A stretch of DNA of 64,000 nt from Anaerolineae bacterium. Lineage in GTDB: Bacteria; Chloroflexota; Anaerolineae; B4-G1; DUEL01. The position numbers and the translations under genes are program-made. How positions within the stretch are numbered: position 1 is the stretch's first letter; every line of letters begins with the position of its first letter. Shown piece by piece: positions 36,450-46,107 of the stretch. The notes under the pieces are model-generated. The model did no database searches, was not told where the DNA came from, and saw only the letters and a program-made list of their open reading frames with translations. The DNA is taken from positions 11,394-75,393 of the forward strand of contig JAFGEI010000148.1 in the NCBI GenBank assembly GCA_016931695.1. The letters are read 5' to 3'.

Positions 36450-38735
36450 TTGGGCGAGCGGGTAATCGAAAAGCGTTGTGGGCTGGACAGCGGGTTGCTG
36501 CTGGCCGTGCTGCTGGGGCTGGCTGCCGCGCTGCCCTTTCTCGTCCGGCCCGGCCTGCCGCGAGACACCGATGCCGAGCTGCACGTCTTTCGTGCCGCCG
36601 AGATCCTGTCCTGTTGGCAGGGCGGGGTGCTGTACCCCCGCTGGGCGCCTGATTTCTACTATGGCTACGGCTATCCGATCTTTAACTATTATGCGCCGCT
36701 GACGTATCACCTGGCCGCCCTTTTCTCCCTCTGTCCAGGTGTGGACATTGTAGGCGGTGTAAAGGCCGTGTTCGTGCTGGGACTGATCCTGAGCGGGGCA
36801 GGAGCCTACTTGCTGGCTCGGGACGTCCTTGGCGACCCGCCGGCAGCCGTCGTGGCTGCGGCGTCGTTTCTCTTTGCCCCTTACGTGCTCTTTGTCGACC
36901 CTCACGCCCGCGGTGACCTGGCGGAGCACTTTGCCATCGGCTTGCTGCCCTTGGCCCTCTTTGCCACGCGGCGCTGGGTGGAGCAGGGGCGACGCGCCCC
37001 TTTTGTCGGCTCTGTGCTTTTTTGTGCGGCGCTGATCTTGTCGCACAATTTATTGGGGGTTGTCGGGTTCGCGATTCTCCTGGCTGCGATTTTCTGGCAA
37101 GTTGTCGTCGAGGGCCGTCGTGACGGGGTGGGGCGGGGGCTGGTGACGCCGCTGCTGGCCCTGGCGCTTGGTGCCGTTTTCTGGCTGCCAATGCTGGTCG
37201 AGCTGCCGCTGGTCCAGCTGACCGTGGTCGGGGCGGGCCACTTTGATTTTCGCAATCACTTTGTCGCTCTGGCGGAACTGCTGGCGCCGTCCCGCGTCCT
37301 CGACCTGGGAAGCGTCGCCCCGCGCTATTGGTTCAACCTGGGCCTGCCGCAGTGGGTCCTGGCGCTGGTAGGCGTCGTGGGCGGGATGGGGTGGCTGGGG
37401 CGCTCGAGACGGGCACTGGCTTTTTTTGCCCTGTCGGCACTGGGGCTGGTAGCGCTGATCCTGCCGCTGTCGCTGCCGTTGTGGGAAGCGATCCCCCCGC
37501 TGGCTTATCTCCAGTTTCCCTGGCGGCTGCTGGGACCGGCGGCGCTGATGGCAGCTCTTTTGGCCGGGGCTGCTGCCTCGCTGCTTCCCAACACCTCCTG
37601 GCGCCCCCTCGCGTTGGCGGCCGGGCTGGCGTTGACCCTGGCGCTGTCCCTGCCGCTGCTGTTCCCACCCGAGTGGGGGGCGGATTTTGGCGACACCACC
37701 CCGGCGGGAATTGTGCGCTTCGAACTGGAGGGCAAGGTGGTGGGGACGACTTCGACGGGCGATTTTCTGCCGCGCACAGTAGAGACGATGCTGCGCCCCC
37801 AGGGGAGCCTGGTCGCTTCGTACGAATCAGGCTGGATTGACAAGGCAAATCACGCTGCCGTGCCCGAGGGCACGACGGTCAAAGTCGTCGACCATGGGCC
37901 TGTGCACGACCGCTTTTCCGTCTCGGCGCCGCGCCGGTTTGTCTTTCGCCTGTACACCCTGGCTTTTCCGGGCTGGACCGCTTGGGTGGACGACGAACCG
38001 GTCGACATCGAGTTGGGACGCCCGGAGGGCTTTATCACCTTGTGGGTGCCGCCTGGCGAGCACGACGTGCTGGTCCGCTTTGTGGACACGCCAGTGCGCC
38101 GGGCGGCCTGGGGGATTTCTGTCGCTGCTTTGATCGCTCTGCTCGCGGCGCTGGGAGTCGCTCCTTGGACTGGCGAGCGGCAGGCGTCGCCGCGCTTGTC
38201 TCGGCGCATGTTGGTCTGGTTGGGGGGAGCGCTGCTGCTGTTCTTGCTGTTCAAGTTAGCCCTCGTCGATCCCCTGGGCTGGTTCCGCTACACCTCGCCG
38301 CCGGGAGAGGCGTGGGCGGCGCAGTACCGCCAGCAGGCAAACCTGGCCGGGGAGGTTGAGCTGCTTGGTTTCGACTTGCCTGGCCGGCAGGTCCGCCCTG
38401 GCGAGATGCTCGACGTGGTGCTCTATTGGCGGGCTGTGCACCCGCTGGAGACGAATTACCAGTCTTTTGTCCACCTGGCCCAGCCGCTGACAGTGGCCTG
38501 GGGGCAGTCGGATGCCCTCAATCCCGGCGGCCTGCCCACGACCCGCTGGCCCCAGGACCGCTACGTGTGGGATGCCCACCGCTTCCAGGTACCGGCAAAT
38601 ACGCCGCCAGGGGAGTACGTCCTCGCGGTTGGCCTGTATACATTGGCCGACGGCCGGCGCCTGCCGGTCCTGGGTGCCGAGGAGCAAGATTCGGTGGTAT
38701 TGGAAATCCCGGTAACTGTGCTGCCAGGGCGGTGA
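36450..38735 (+). CDS. polytopic membrane protein, PTPS-related/YfhO-like (putative glycosyltransferase-like) family
   Basis: TTG start; more than 10 predicted TM helices followed by a large C-terminal extracytoplasmic beta-rich domain; N-terminal region (LHVFRAAEILSCWQGGVLYPRWAPDFYYGYGYPIFNYYAPL) typical of this family. Confidence 0.55.
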   Translation: MGERVIEKRCGLDSGLLLAVLLGLAAALPFLVRPGLPRDTDAELHVFRAAEILSCWQGGVLYPRWAPDFYYGYGYPIFNYYAPLTYHLAALFSLCPGVDIVGGVKAVFVLGLILSGAGAYLLARDVLGDPPAAVVAAASFLFAPYVLFVDPHARGDLAEHFAIGLLPLALFATRRWVEQGRRAPFVGSVLFCAALILSHNLLGVVGFAILLAAIFWQVVVEGRRDGVGRGLVTPLLALALGAVFWLPMLVELPLVQLTVVGAGHFDFRNHFVALAELLAPSRVLDLGSVAPRYWFNLGLPQWVLALVGVVGGMGWLGRSRRALAFFALSALGLVALILPLSLPLWEAIPPLAYLQFPWRLLGPAALMAALLAGAAASLLPNTSWRPLALAAGLALTLALSLPLLFPPEWGADFGDTTPAGIVRFELEGKVVGTTSTGDFLPRTVETMLRPQGSLVASYESGWIDKANHAAVPEGTTVKVVDHGPVHDRFSVSAPRRFVFRLYTLAFPGWTAWVDDEPVDIELGRPEGFITLWVPPGEHDVLVRFVDTPVRRAAWGISVAALIALLAALGVAPWTGERQASPRLSRRMLVWLGGALLLFLLFKLALVDPLGWFRYTSPPGEAWAAQYRQQANLAGEVELLGFDLPGRQVRPGEMLDVVLYWRAVHPLETNYQSFVHLAQPLTVAWGQSDALNPGGLPTTRWPQDRYVWDAHRFQVPANTPPGEYVLAVGLYTLADGRRLPVLGAEEQDSVVLEIPVTVLPGR

Positions 38736-38845
38736 AAGCGGAAGGGTGGCACAAGCTGTGATTCCCAAGAGGGGTGTCGCCAGCGCTGCCGAGCAAACAG
38801 GCATCGAGGTCGATTTCTGCCAGCCGGGAGCGTTCTAATGCCGCA

Positions 38846-39562
38846 TCAGCCTCGGTGCTGCTGCAGGGTGCGGTCGAGGATTTCGTCCTGGTCCGTGCGG
38901 CGGTGTCTCTTGGGCTGGTGTTGGGATGGGCGCTGTTTCTTCTCCCGTGCCGGCTTGGACTTTTGTGCCCTGCGATAAGCGACCTCAAATTGGGAGGGGA
39001 GGCTTTCTTCTTCCTCGTCGATGACGGTGTCGGCAAAATTCTCCATCGTGAGGTCGATGCGTTTCTTGCGCCGGTCGATGCTCAGGATGCGGACCGCGAC
39101 TTCGTCGCCCAGGCTAAAGATTTCGGACGGGTGGCGGAAAAAGCGCCCGCCCATCTCGCGGCTGTGCAGCAAGCCGGGGCGCTCCGCGCCGATGTCGACA
39201 AAGACCCCGTAGCGCTCGATGCGCACGACCTGTCCGACGTGAGACTGGCTGTCATTCAGCTCGCGCCAGTCAACGTCGGGCGGCTTGACCATCGTCAGCG
39301 CGATGCGGCCCTGCTTGGGGTCGACCTGGGTCACCCAAACCTCGACGGTGTCGCCTTCTTTGACCACATCCGAGACGCGATCGACTCTTTGATCGCTGAG
39401 CTGGGAGATGTGGATCAGGCCGTCTCTTTCCAGGCCGAGGTCGACAAAGGCGCCGTAGAGCTCGATTCGCCGCACGACGCCATCCAACTTCATCTTTGGC
39501 TGCAGTTCAGAAATTGAAGTTGGCTGGGATAGATCAGATTGATCGGTGTATTCTTCGCTCAC
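38846..39562 (-). CDS. S1 RNA-binding domain protein (two S1 domains, basic C-terminal tail)
   Basis: Two S1-like modules (GVVRRIELYGAFVDLG..., GQVVRIERYGVFVDIG...) and Lys/Arg-rich tail. Confidence 0.7.
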   Translation of the reverse strand: MSEEYTDQSDLSQPTSISELQPKMKLDGVVRRIELYGAFVDLGLERDGLIHISQLSDQRVDRVSDVVKEGDTVEVWVTQVDPKQGRIALTMVKPPDVDWRELNDSQSHVGQVVRIERYGVFVDIGAERPGLLHSREMGGRFFRHPSEIFSLGDEVAVRILSIDRRKKRIDLTMENFADTVIDEEEESLPSQFEVAYRRAQKSKPAREKKQRPSQHQPKRHRRTDQDEILDRTLQQHRG

Positions 39563-39626
39563 GCTTTCACCTCTACGGTAATAACTTGAGCCTGGACCGG
39601 CCCTGGCTCAAGGCAATCGACCCCCA

Positions 39627-39654
39627 ATTATATTCTGCTCGTCCATTCTGTCAA
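39627..39654 (-). promoter_or_regulatory. consensus sigma70 promoter (TTGACA-16 nt-TATAAT) driving the S1-domain protein gene
   Basis: On the minus strand: TTGACA (rc of 39649-39654), 16-nt spacer, TATAAT (rc of 39627-39632); about 60 nt upstream of the start codon. Confidence 0.6.
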
Positions 39655-39664
39655 GTCGCCTGTC

Positions 39665-39738
39665 TTCGCATAGTCACCAAAGGAGGGAGAGCAAGAAAAC
39701 TTAACAAATTCGTCAATAAAGACAATAGACTATGCGAA
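39665..39738. repeat. about 74-bp element with 11/12-bp perfect terminal inverted repeats TTCGCATAGTCA ... (a)GACTATGCGAA around a 51-nt AT-rich core (copy A)
   Basis: Left arm 39665-39676, right arm 39727-39738; second copy at 57220-57289; the core is strikingly AT-rich in a 65% GC genome. Confidence 0.7.
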
Positions 39739-39798
39739 ATCTCGGGCCGCGATCTCCCTTTGCGTCTTTTTCGCGCGGGTAGGGCGCGCCCGCTGGCG

Positions 39799-40260
39799 TC
39801 ACTTGCCCCGGCTGCGCCGCCACTCGCGCTCGATTTCCCGTTCGCTGTCCCGCTGCCGGATGGCTTCCCGCTTGTCGTACTGTCGCTTGCCCCGCACCAG
39901 GGCAATTTCGACCTTGACCCGCCCGTGTTTGAAATAGATCTTGAGCGGTACGATGGTGTAGCCGCGCTCCTGAACCTGCCCTGCCAGGCGGTTGATCTCG
40001 CGGCGGTGCAAGAGCAGCTTCCGCGGCCTGGTCGGTTCGTGGCCCTGCCTCCCGCCGGGGTCGTAACTCGCGATGTGGGTGTTGACCAGCCACAGCTCGC
40101 CATCTCGCAGCTGCACGTACCCCTCGCGGAGGTTCACCCGCCCCGCGCGGATCGATTTCACCTCTGTCCCTTTCAAGACGAGGCCGGCTTCGTGCCGCTC
40201 TTCAATGTGATAGTCGTGGCTGGCCTTGCGATTGGTCGCCACCACCTTGATCTTGTCCAC
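39799..40260 (-). CDS. smpB: SsrA-binding protein SmpB
   Basis: Full-length similarity pattern to SmpB (NRKASHDYHIEE...GLVLKGTEVKSIR...LLLHRREI). Confidence 0.9.
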   Translation of the reverse strand: MDKIKVVATNRKASHDYHIEERHEAGLVLKGTEVKSIRAGRVNLREGYVQLRDGELWLVNTHIASYDPGGRQGHEPTRPRKLLLHRREINRLAGQVQERGYTIVPLKIYFKHGRVKVEIALVRGKRQYDKREAIRQRDSEREIEREWRRSRGK

Positions 40261-40261
40261 G

Positions 40262-41548
40262 CTATTCCCCGCTCAACAGGTACTCGATGGCCCGCTCTAG
40301 CTGGGGGTCCTGTCCGGCTTCCAATTCCTCGGGCAGAGGAACCTCGATGTCGGGCGTCAGGCCCTGGCCGTGAATTGCCACGTCGTTGGGCGTGAACCAG
40401 CGGGCAATAGTTACGCGCAGTTCGGAACCGTCCGACAGGCGGTGCGGGCGCTGCACCGAGCCCTTGCCAAAGGTCTGCTCGCCGATTAGGGCCGCGCGCC
40501 CCCGGTCCTGGATCGCCCCGGCGACGATTTCCGACGCCGAGGCGCTGCCGCCGTTCACCAGCACCACCAGCGGAATGTCCTCCAGCATGTCCCCGTCGTG
40601 GGATTCAAAGATCTCTTCCCGCCCGTCCGAAACCCGTTCGATGAGAACGATGCCATCGTCGAGGAACAGGTCGGCAACGCTGACCGCCTCGTTGAGCCAT
40701 CCGCCGGGATTGTTCCGCAGGTCAAGGATGATGCCAGCTGGCCGCTGGGCCATCAGGCCCTCCAGTGCTTCTTCCAGTTGGGCAGTAGCGGTCGAGCTGA
40801 ATTCGGTCAAACGGACGTAGGCAATGTTGCCTTCCAGTATCTCTGCTTCTACCAGGGGGATTTGGACACGCGCCCGGGTGATAGTCACCTCAAAGTGTTC
40901 TTCTGTGCCCGGCCGCTCGATCAGCAATACGACGTCTGTTCCTGCCGGGCCACGGATGAAGGCAATCGCCTCATAGATACCAAGCCCGACGATGGATTGT
41001 CCGTCGACGGCAAGCACGCGGTCGTTGTCCCGGAGCTCGGAGGCCTCCGCCGGCGAATTGGGGATGATGCTGACGATCTCGAGCTTGCCGTCGTCGCGCA
41101 TGCGGACAAAGGCGCCGATGCCCTCAAAGCTCCCGCTTGCGTCCTCGTTGAGGATCGAGGCAATTTCGGGTTCGATGAAGGATGTGTACTCGTCGTCTAG
41201 TGTTTCGAGCATGCCCCGTATGGCGCCGTAGGTCACGGCTTGCATGTCGGGAACTTCGCCGTAATACTCTTGCTGGACAATATCCCAGACTTCCCAGAAC
41301 AACTGAAAGGCCTCCTCGTCCGGGCTTGTCGGGGGCGGGGTCGGATTGGGGTCGGGATAGACGGGCCCGCCGTCGCCTGCTGTCGGCTGCGGGACGGGAG
41401 AGACGGTGGTAGGGAGGATGTTGGTTTCTCCGGTTTCGGCCAGCCGGGAGACGCCAATGCCGGCGATGAATGCTGCCGTCGCCGTGCAGGCCAGCAGCGC
41501 GGCGACGAGAAGAACGCGGACGACAATCGTTGTTGTTCGATTTTCCAT
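40262..41548 (-). CDS. ctpA: C-terminal processing peptidase (S41, PDZ-containing), copy 1
   Basis: N-terminal TM anchor, PDZ domain, catalytic Ser/Lys context TFGKGSVQ. Confidence 0.8.
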   Translation of the reverse strand: MENRTTTIVVRVLLVAALLACTATAAFIAGIGVSRLAETGETNILPTTVSPVPQPTAGDGGPVYPDPNPTPPPTSPDEEAFQLFWEVWDIVQQEYYGEVPDMQAVTYGAIRGMLETLDDEYTSFIEPEIASILNEDASGSFEGIGAFVRMRDDGKLEIVSIIPNSPAEASELRDNDRVLAVDGQSIVGLGIYEAIAFIRGPAGTDVVLLIERPGTEEHFEVTITRARVQIPLVEAEILEGNIAYVRLTEFSSTATAQLEEALEGLMAQRPAGIILDLRNNPGGWLNEAVSVADLFLDDGIVLIERVSDGREEIFESHDGDMLEDIPLVVLVNGGSASASEIVAGAIQDRGRAALIGEQTFGKGSVQRPHRLSDGSELRVTIARWFTPNDVAIHGQGLTPDIEVPLPEELEAGQDPQLERAIEYLLSGE

Positions 41549-41550
41549 TT

Positions 41551-42717
41551 TTACTCACCTGTCTGAAAGTAATCGATGGCCCGCTCCAATGCCGTGTCCA
41601 GAAGGGTGTCCTCCTGGACAACCGGGATATCCGGAGTCAGGCCGCTATCTGCGATGGGCTCCTGGCCTGGCAGCAACCAGATTGCCGCTGTGACGTGCAG
41701 CGCAGAGCCGTCCGATAGCGTATAGACTCGCTGGACGGAGCCCTTTCCATACGTCGGCTGCCCGATCAACGGCCCGCGTTGCCGGGCCTGGAGTGCGCCG
41801 GCGACGATCTCGGCAGCGCTGGCGGTGGACCTGTCGACCAGGACGAGCAGGGGGAGGTCGGCGGCCAGCCCGCCGTCGCTGGCGTGCAGCGTCTGCTGGC
41901 CTTCCCGCTGCACTTCGTGCATCACGACGCCGCCATCGAGGAACAGCCCGGCCACGCTGACAGCGGGCTGGATCAACCCGCCGCCGTTTCCTCGCAGGTC
42001 GAGTACGAGCTGCTCGACCTGACTGTCCAGCAGGGACTGGAGGGCTTGCTCTGTTTCGCGGGGCGTACGTTCGGTAAAGGTGGTTATGTGCAGGTAACCG
42101 ATGGCAGGATCGCGGTCGAGCGTGCGGTAGGTCACGCTGGGGAGGAGGATCTCGGCGCGGGCGATGACGAGCTGGAACGGCGGGGTGGGGGGGCGAGACA
42201 GCGTCGCCGTCACCGTGCTTCCCGCCGGGCCGCGCAACTGGACACGGATGTCGTCAAGTGTACGGGTATCGACGGGCAGCCCGTCGATCTCGAGCAAGAC
42301 GTCTCCTGTCCGCACCCCGGCTGTTTCGGCCGGGGAGGCGGGGAAGGGGGAGAGGACAACCGCGCCGTCGCTGTTCCGCCACAGGTCGACGCCGATCCCG
42401 CCGTAGGCGCCGGTCAGGCGGTTCCTTTCGACCTCGCCGGTCTGGGGTTCGAGCAAGATTGTGTAGGGGTCGTCCAGTACAGCGAGTGCGCCGCGGATCG
42501 CGCCGTACGTTCGCTCCTGGGCCGAGGGGATCGATCCGTAGAACTCTTGTTCCAGGAGCTCCCACGCTTCCCAGAAAACCTCCGGCCTTTGACTTTGCCT
42601 TGAGTCGATTTGATGCAAAATAAATTGCGTAGTGGCCCCCAGGGTAAAAAACGTGACAAAGACGAGGGCGGTCGCTATTGCGACGATGTAGGCCGTGTTT
42701 CGCTTGCTGGCAGTCAT
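41551..42717 (-). CDS. ctpB: C-terminal processing peptidase (S41, PDZ-containing), copy 2
   Basis: Paralog of the upstream gene; TYGKGSVQ motif, PDZ domain, N-terminal TM anchor. Confidence 0.8.
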   Translation of the reverse strand: MTASKRNTAYIVAIATALVFVTFFTLGATTQFILHQIDSRQSQRPEVFWEAWELLEQEFYGSIPSAQERTYGAIRGALAVLDDPYTILLEPQTGEVERNRLTGAYGGIGVDLWRNSDGAVVLSPFPASPAETAGVRTGDVLLEIDGLPVDTRTLDDIRVQLRGPAGSTVTATLSRPPTPPFQLVIARAEILLPSVTYRTLDRDPAIGYLHITTFTERTPRETEQALQSLLDSQVEQLVLDLRGNGGGLIQPAVSVAGLFLDGGVVMHEVQREGQQTLHASDGGLAADLPLLVLVDRSTASAAEIVAGALQARQRGPLIGQPTYGKGSVQRVYTLSDGSALHVTAAIWLLPGQEPIADSGLTPDIPVVQEDTLLDTALERAIDYFQTGE

Positions 42718-43001
42718 TATCTTTTAATCCATACACCTCAAGGACAAAAATGCGCCCCGGGTCCCAGGCGACCACGCGGATGGGCTCCGGCGCTGCTGCG
42801 TCGGGATTGCCGTTCTCCGGGCAAGGACCGGGGTTCCGGGCAAGCGCAGGCATTGTAACATGTTTGAACCGATTGCGCAATGATACGCGCGGGTATCGCG
42901 GGTAAAAGCAAAGTTGTACGCTGCATCCCAGTAAAGATTGCGGGGCAGCCAGTGCGAGGGTGCTGTATCGCATCTTCTTTTGGAAATTTGCCGGTATTAT
43001 G

Positions 43002-43030
43002 TTGACAAAACGGGCGTTGCGTGGTAAAAT
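43002..43030 (+). promoter_or_regulatory. consensus sigma70 promoter with extended -10 (TTGACA-17 nt-TGgTAAAAT) upstream of the recombinase gene
   Basis: TTGACA 43002-43007, 17-nt spacer, TAAAAT 43025-43030 preceded by TGG; lies in an AT-rich intergenic island. Confidence 0.6.
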
Positions 43031-43034
43031 CGTT

Positions 43035-43066
43035 ATGATTCGGATAGTATAAATTATGCGAATCAT
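43035..43066 (+). promoter_or_regulatory. 8-bp inverted repeat ATGATTCG-16 nt-CGAATCAT between the promoter -10 and the recombinase start codon (operator or 5'-UTR hairpin)
   Basis: Perfect reverse-complement arms; contains TATGCGAA, the same 8-mer found in the 12-bp repeat arms at 39727 and 57278. Confidence 0.4.
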
Positions 43067-43077
43067 ATGGAGGTGAA

Positions 43078-44094
43078 ATGGCTATGGAATCGCTTACGGT
43101 ACAGGATGCACTGGAACACTATCTCGCCGAGGTCGCGCAGAGCCGCAGCCCCCTCACCCACAAGTCCTACCGCCAGGCGGTCCGCCGCTTTGCCGCAATG
43201 CTCCAGGAGCGCAGGCTGCCGCCAGCCTCCACGCCCGCCGCACAGATTGCGGTGGAATGGATGGCCTGGTTCGTCGAATCGCTGCGTGATTACGCGGTCG
43301 CTACCGAGCAGCTTTACCTGACCGCCCTATCCGGCTTCTACGAGCAGGTCGCCGCCGAGAACTGGGCCGAGGTCAACCTGCCGGCCCTCAAGCGTCTCCG
43401 CCAGCGGCGGACCCGCCGCGAGGCGACGCGCCTGCCGCCGTTCCCGCGCGACGAGATCGCGCAAACCCTGTCCGCCGTCGCCCAGGCCGCGCTCGTCCCG
43501 CGCGACGAGTTGCAAGAAAGATTGCAGGTACTTCGAGACTGCGCCTTTCTTTTTACCCTCGCCGATACGGGGCTCCGCGTCGCCGAGGCCTGCAGCATCA
43601 TCCGCGGCCACCTCGATTGGAACGAGTCCCACGCCATCGTCCTGGGCAAAGGGGGCCGCGAAGCGGTCGTCCGCTTCTCCCCCCGCAGCCTGCGCTACTT
43701 GCGCGCTTACCTGGAAGCCCGCGCCGAGCTGGATGGCACCCAGGGCCGGCGGCTCGATAGCTTGCCGCTTTTTGCCCGGCACGACCGCGCAGCCGGCAAG
43801 CGGGTGCTCCCAATCTCGACCCGCAGCGCCGAAAAGATCGTCGAAAAGTGGGTGATGCACGCGCTCGGCCGCTCTGCTCGCGGCTCAATCACGCCGCATA
43901 CCTTTCGCCACTACTTTGTCACCGTGGTCCTGCGCGGCAGCGGCGGCAACATCCGTCTGGCCCAGGAGTTGGCCCGCCACCGTAGCATCGTCACGACGCA
44001 GCGCTATACGCACCTCAGCGACGACGAGCTGGACCACGGCTACCACGAGATTTTTGGTAGAGCCGGAACCAGGACGAATAATGATGAGACGTAA
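43078..44094 (+). CDS. tyrosine site-specific recombinase (phage-integrase/XerCD family)
   Basis: C-terminal catalytic region HTFRHYFVT...LAQELARHRSIVTTQRYTHL (R..HxxR..Y); N-terminal SAM-like core-binding domain. Confidence 0.8.
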   Translation: MAMESLTVQDALEHYLAEVAQSRSPLTHKSYRQAVRRFAAMLQERRLPPASTPAAQIAVEWMAWFVESLRDYAVATEQLYLTALSGFYEQVAAENWAEVNLPALKRLRQRRTRREATRLPPFPRDEIAQTLSAVAQAALVPRDELQERLQVLRDCAFLFTLADTGLRVAEACSIIRGHLDWNESHAIVLGKGGREAVVRFSPRSLRYLRAYLEARAELDGTQGRRLDSLPLFARHDRAAGKRVLPISTRSAEKIVEKWVMHALGRSARGSITPHTFRHYFVTVVLRGSGGNIRLAQELARHRSIVTTQRYTHLSDDELDHGYHEIFGRAGTRTNNDET

Positions 44095-44125
44095 AACGTA
44101 ATCGGGCATTCTTACACTTATGCCC

Positions 44126-44154
44126 TTGACAAATCTTCCATCTTGACCTATTAT
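44126..44154 (+). promoter_or_regulatory. consensus sigma70 promoter (TTGACA-17 nt-TATTAT) for the carboxyltransferase operon
   Basis: TTGACA 44126-44131, 17-nt spacer, TATTAT 44149-44154; preceded by hairpin GGGCAT-10 nt-ATGCCC after the recombinase stop. Confidence 0.55.
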
Positions 44155-44212
44155 ATTCTCTCTAGCTCGACATTGTCGAACTAGTCAAACCCCATACCAC
44201 GGAGGTTGTCCC

Positions 44213-45763
44213 ATGGGCATTGAGGAAAAGATCGAGCAACTGCATCAAAAACGGGAGCAGGCCCGCATGGCGGGCGGGCAGGCGCGCATTGACAAGCAAC
44301 ACGAAAAGGGCAAAATGACCGCCCGCGAGCGGGCCGAAAAACTGCTCGACCCCGGCTCCTTCCGCGAGATCGACATGTTCGTCACCCATCGCGCCACCGG
44401 TTTTGGGGTCGAGAAAAATACCCCCCTGGGCGACTCGGTCGTTACCGGATGGGGCACAATTAACGGCCGCCTGGTCTATTTGTTTTCCCAGGACTTTACG
44501 GTCTTTGGCGGAAGCCTGTCCGAAGTTCATGCCGAAAAGGTGTGCAAGATCATGGACCTGGCAATCAAGAACGGTGCGCCGGTGATCGGACTCAACGACT
44601 CGGGCGGCGCGCGCATCCAGGAAGGCGTCGTTTCTCTGGCTGGCTATGCCTACATCTTTTTGCGCAACGTCCTGGCCTCGGGCGTCGTGCCCCAGATCTC
44701 GGCCATCCTCGGCCCCTGTGCCGGCGGTGCCGTCTATTCCCCGGCGATGACCGACTTTATTCTGATGACCAAGCAGACCAGCCACATGTTCATCACCGGC
44801 CCGGACGTCATCCGCGCCGTGACCCACGAGGAAGTGACCCACGAGGAGCTGGGCGGAGCGATGACCCACGCTTCCAAGAGCGGCGTGGCCCATTTTGCCG
44901 CCGAAGACGAGGAACACTGTCTCAGTCTGGTACGACAGTTGCTTGGCTACGTGCCGCAGAACAACCTGGAGGACCCCCCTTTCGTCCCCACCAACGACCC
45001 CACAGAGCGGATGGACCAAGAGCTCAAGCGGATCATTCCCGACAGCGCGATGAAGCCTTACGACATGAAGGACATTATCCGTCGCGTGGTCGACGACGGT
45101 CAATTCCTCGAGGTGCACGAGCACTGGGCCCAGAACATTGTCGTCGGCTTTGCCCGCATGGGCGGCTACAGCGTCGGCATTGTCGCCCAACAGCCGATGC
45201 TGCTGGCCGGGGTGCTCGACATTGACGCTTCGCGCAAGGGGGCGCGCTTTGTCCGCTTCTGTGACGCGTTCAACATTCCCCTGATTACCTTTGTCGATGT
45301 GCCGGGCTTTTTGCCTGGGGTCGACCAGGAGCACGGCGGCATCATTACCAACGGGGCCAAGTTGCTATGGGCCTACTGTGAAGCGACGGTGCCCAAGATC
45401 ACCATCATCACCCGCAAAGCCTATGGCGGCGCCTACGACGTCATGAGTTCCAAGCACATTCGCGGAGACATCTCTTATGCCTGGCCGACGGCCGAGATCG
45501 CGGTGATGGGGCCGGAGGGAGCGGTCAATATCGTCTTTCGCAAGGAGTTAAAGGCCGCGATTGATCCTAACGCGGAACAAGTGCGATTGGCGCAAGAATA
45601 CCGCGAGCAGTTTGCCAATCCTTACATCGCCGCTGCTCGCGGCTACATCGACGACGTCATCGAGCCGCAAGAGACCCGCCCGCGCATCATCGAGGCGCTC
45701 GTGATGCTGCAAAACAAGCGTGATTCGAATCCGCCCAAGAAGCACGGCAACATTCCCTTGTAA
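44213..45763 (+). CDS. acyl-CoA carboxyltransferase 12S subunit (methylmalonyl-CoA carboxyltransferase / propionyl-CoA carboxylase beta-chain family)
   Basis: Full-length carboxyl-transferase domain pair ([16 protein letters not shown]..., GGARIQEG..., [23 protein letters not shown]). Confidence 0.85.
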   Translation: MGIEEKIEQLHQKREQARMAGGQARIDKQHEKGKMTARERAEKLLDPGSFREIDMFVTHRATGFGVEKNTPLGDSVVTGWGTINGRLVYLFSQDFTVFGGSLSEVHAEKVCKIMDLAIKNGAPVIGLNDSGGARIQEGVVSLAGYAYIFLRNVLASGVVPQISAILGPCAGGAVYSPAMTDFILMTKQTSHMFITGPDVIRAVTHEEVTHEELGGAMTHASKSGVAHFAAEDEEHCLSLVRQLLGYVPQNNLEDPPFVPTNDPTERMDQELKRIIPDSAMKPYDMKDIIRRVVDDGQFLEVHEHWAQNIVVGFARMGGYSVGIVAQQPMLLAGVLDIDASRKGARFVRFCDAFNIPLITFVDVPGFLPGVDQEHGGIITNGAKLLWAYCEATVPKITIITRKAYGGAYDVMSSKHIRGDISYAWPTAEIAVMGPEGAVNIVFRKELKAAIDPNAEQVRLAQEYREQFANPYIAAARGYIDDVIEPQETRPRIIEALVMLQNKRDSNPPKKHGNIPL

Positions 45764-45771
45764 CCCGACCT

Positions 45772-46107
45772 TTGACTCTGGAGCAAGATATGGAAAAAAA
45801 AGTTAGCGTGGCTGAGGTAGCCGAAAAACTGCCGGGGCCGTTCAAGCATCTGGTGATGGGCCAGGTGGACGATTATTGTGCCTACCTGACGCGCATTGAG
45901 GGGACCTATCTCTACCACCAACACCCCAAGGACGAAATGTACTTTGTGCTGGAAGGCGAGATTACCATCGAGTATGACGATGGGGCGACGACGGCGCTGG
46001 GAGCCGGGGAATCTCTGGTCGTTCGTGCAGGGGAGAAACACCGTTCCTGCGCCGAATCCAGCAGCCTGGTGCTCATGTTCAAAGCCCGCGATCTTTTTGC
46101 TGAATAA
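45772..46107 (+). CDS. cupin-domain protein
   Basis: Small beta-barrel pattern (YLYHQHPKDEMYFVLEGEITIEYDDG); 111 aa. Confidence 0.5.
   Translation: MTLEQDMEKKVSVAEVAEKLPGPFKHLVMGQVDDYCAYLTRIEGTYLYHQHPKDEMYFVLEGEITIEYDDGATTALGAGESLVVRAGEKHRSCAESSSLVLMFKARDLFAE

Noticed and set aside
39563-39798. Possible tmRNA (ssrA) next to smpB
   Set aside because: I looked for the tRNA-like 3' end (T-arm GGTTCGAnTCC, terminal CCA) and the GGGG 5' start and found none. The 236-nt gap is also too short for tmRNA. It instead contains the inverted-repeat element and a promoter.
42254-43066. 270-aa minus-strand ORF starting in the AT-rich intergenic region
   Set aside because: It overlaps the start of the S41 peptidase gene out of frame. 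It begins in low-complexity AT-rich sequence (IRIIYTIRIITIL) and has no RBS.
42718-43077. tRNA or attachment-site direct repeats flanking the tyrosine recombinase
   Set aside because: I saw no cloverleaf-compatible sequence or conserved T-loop on either side, and no direct repeat between 42718-43077 and 44095-44212. The integration-remnant idea therefore stays speculative.
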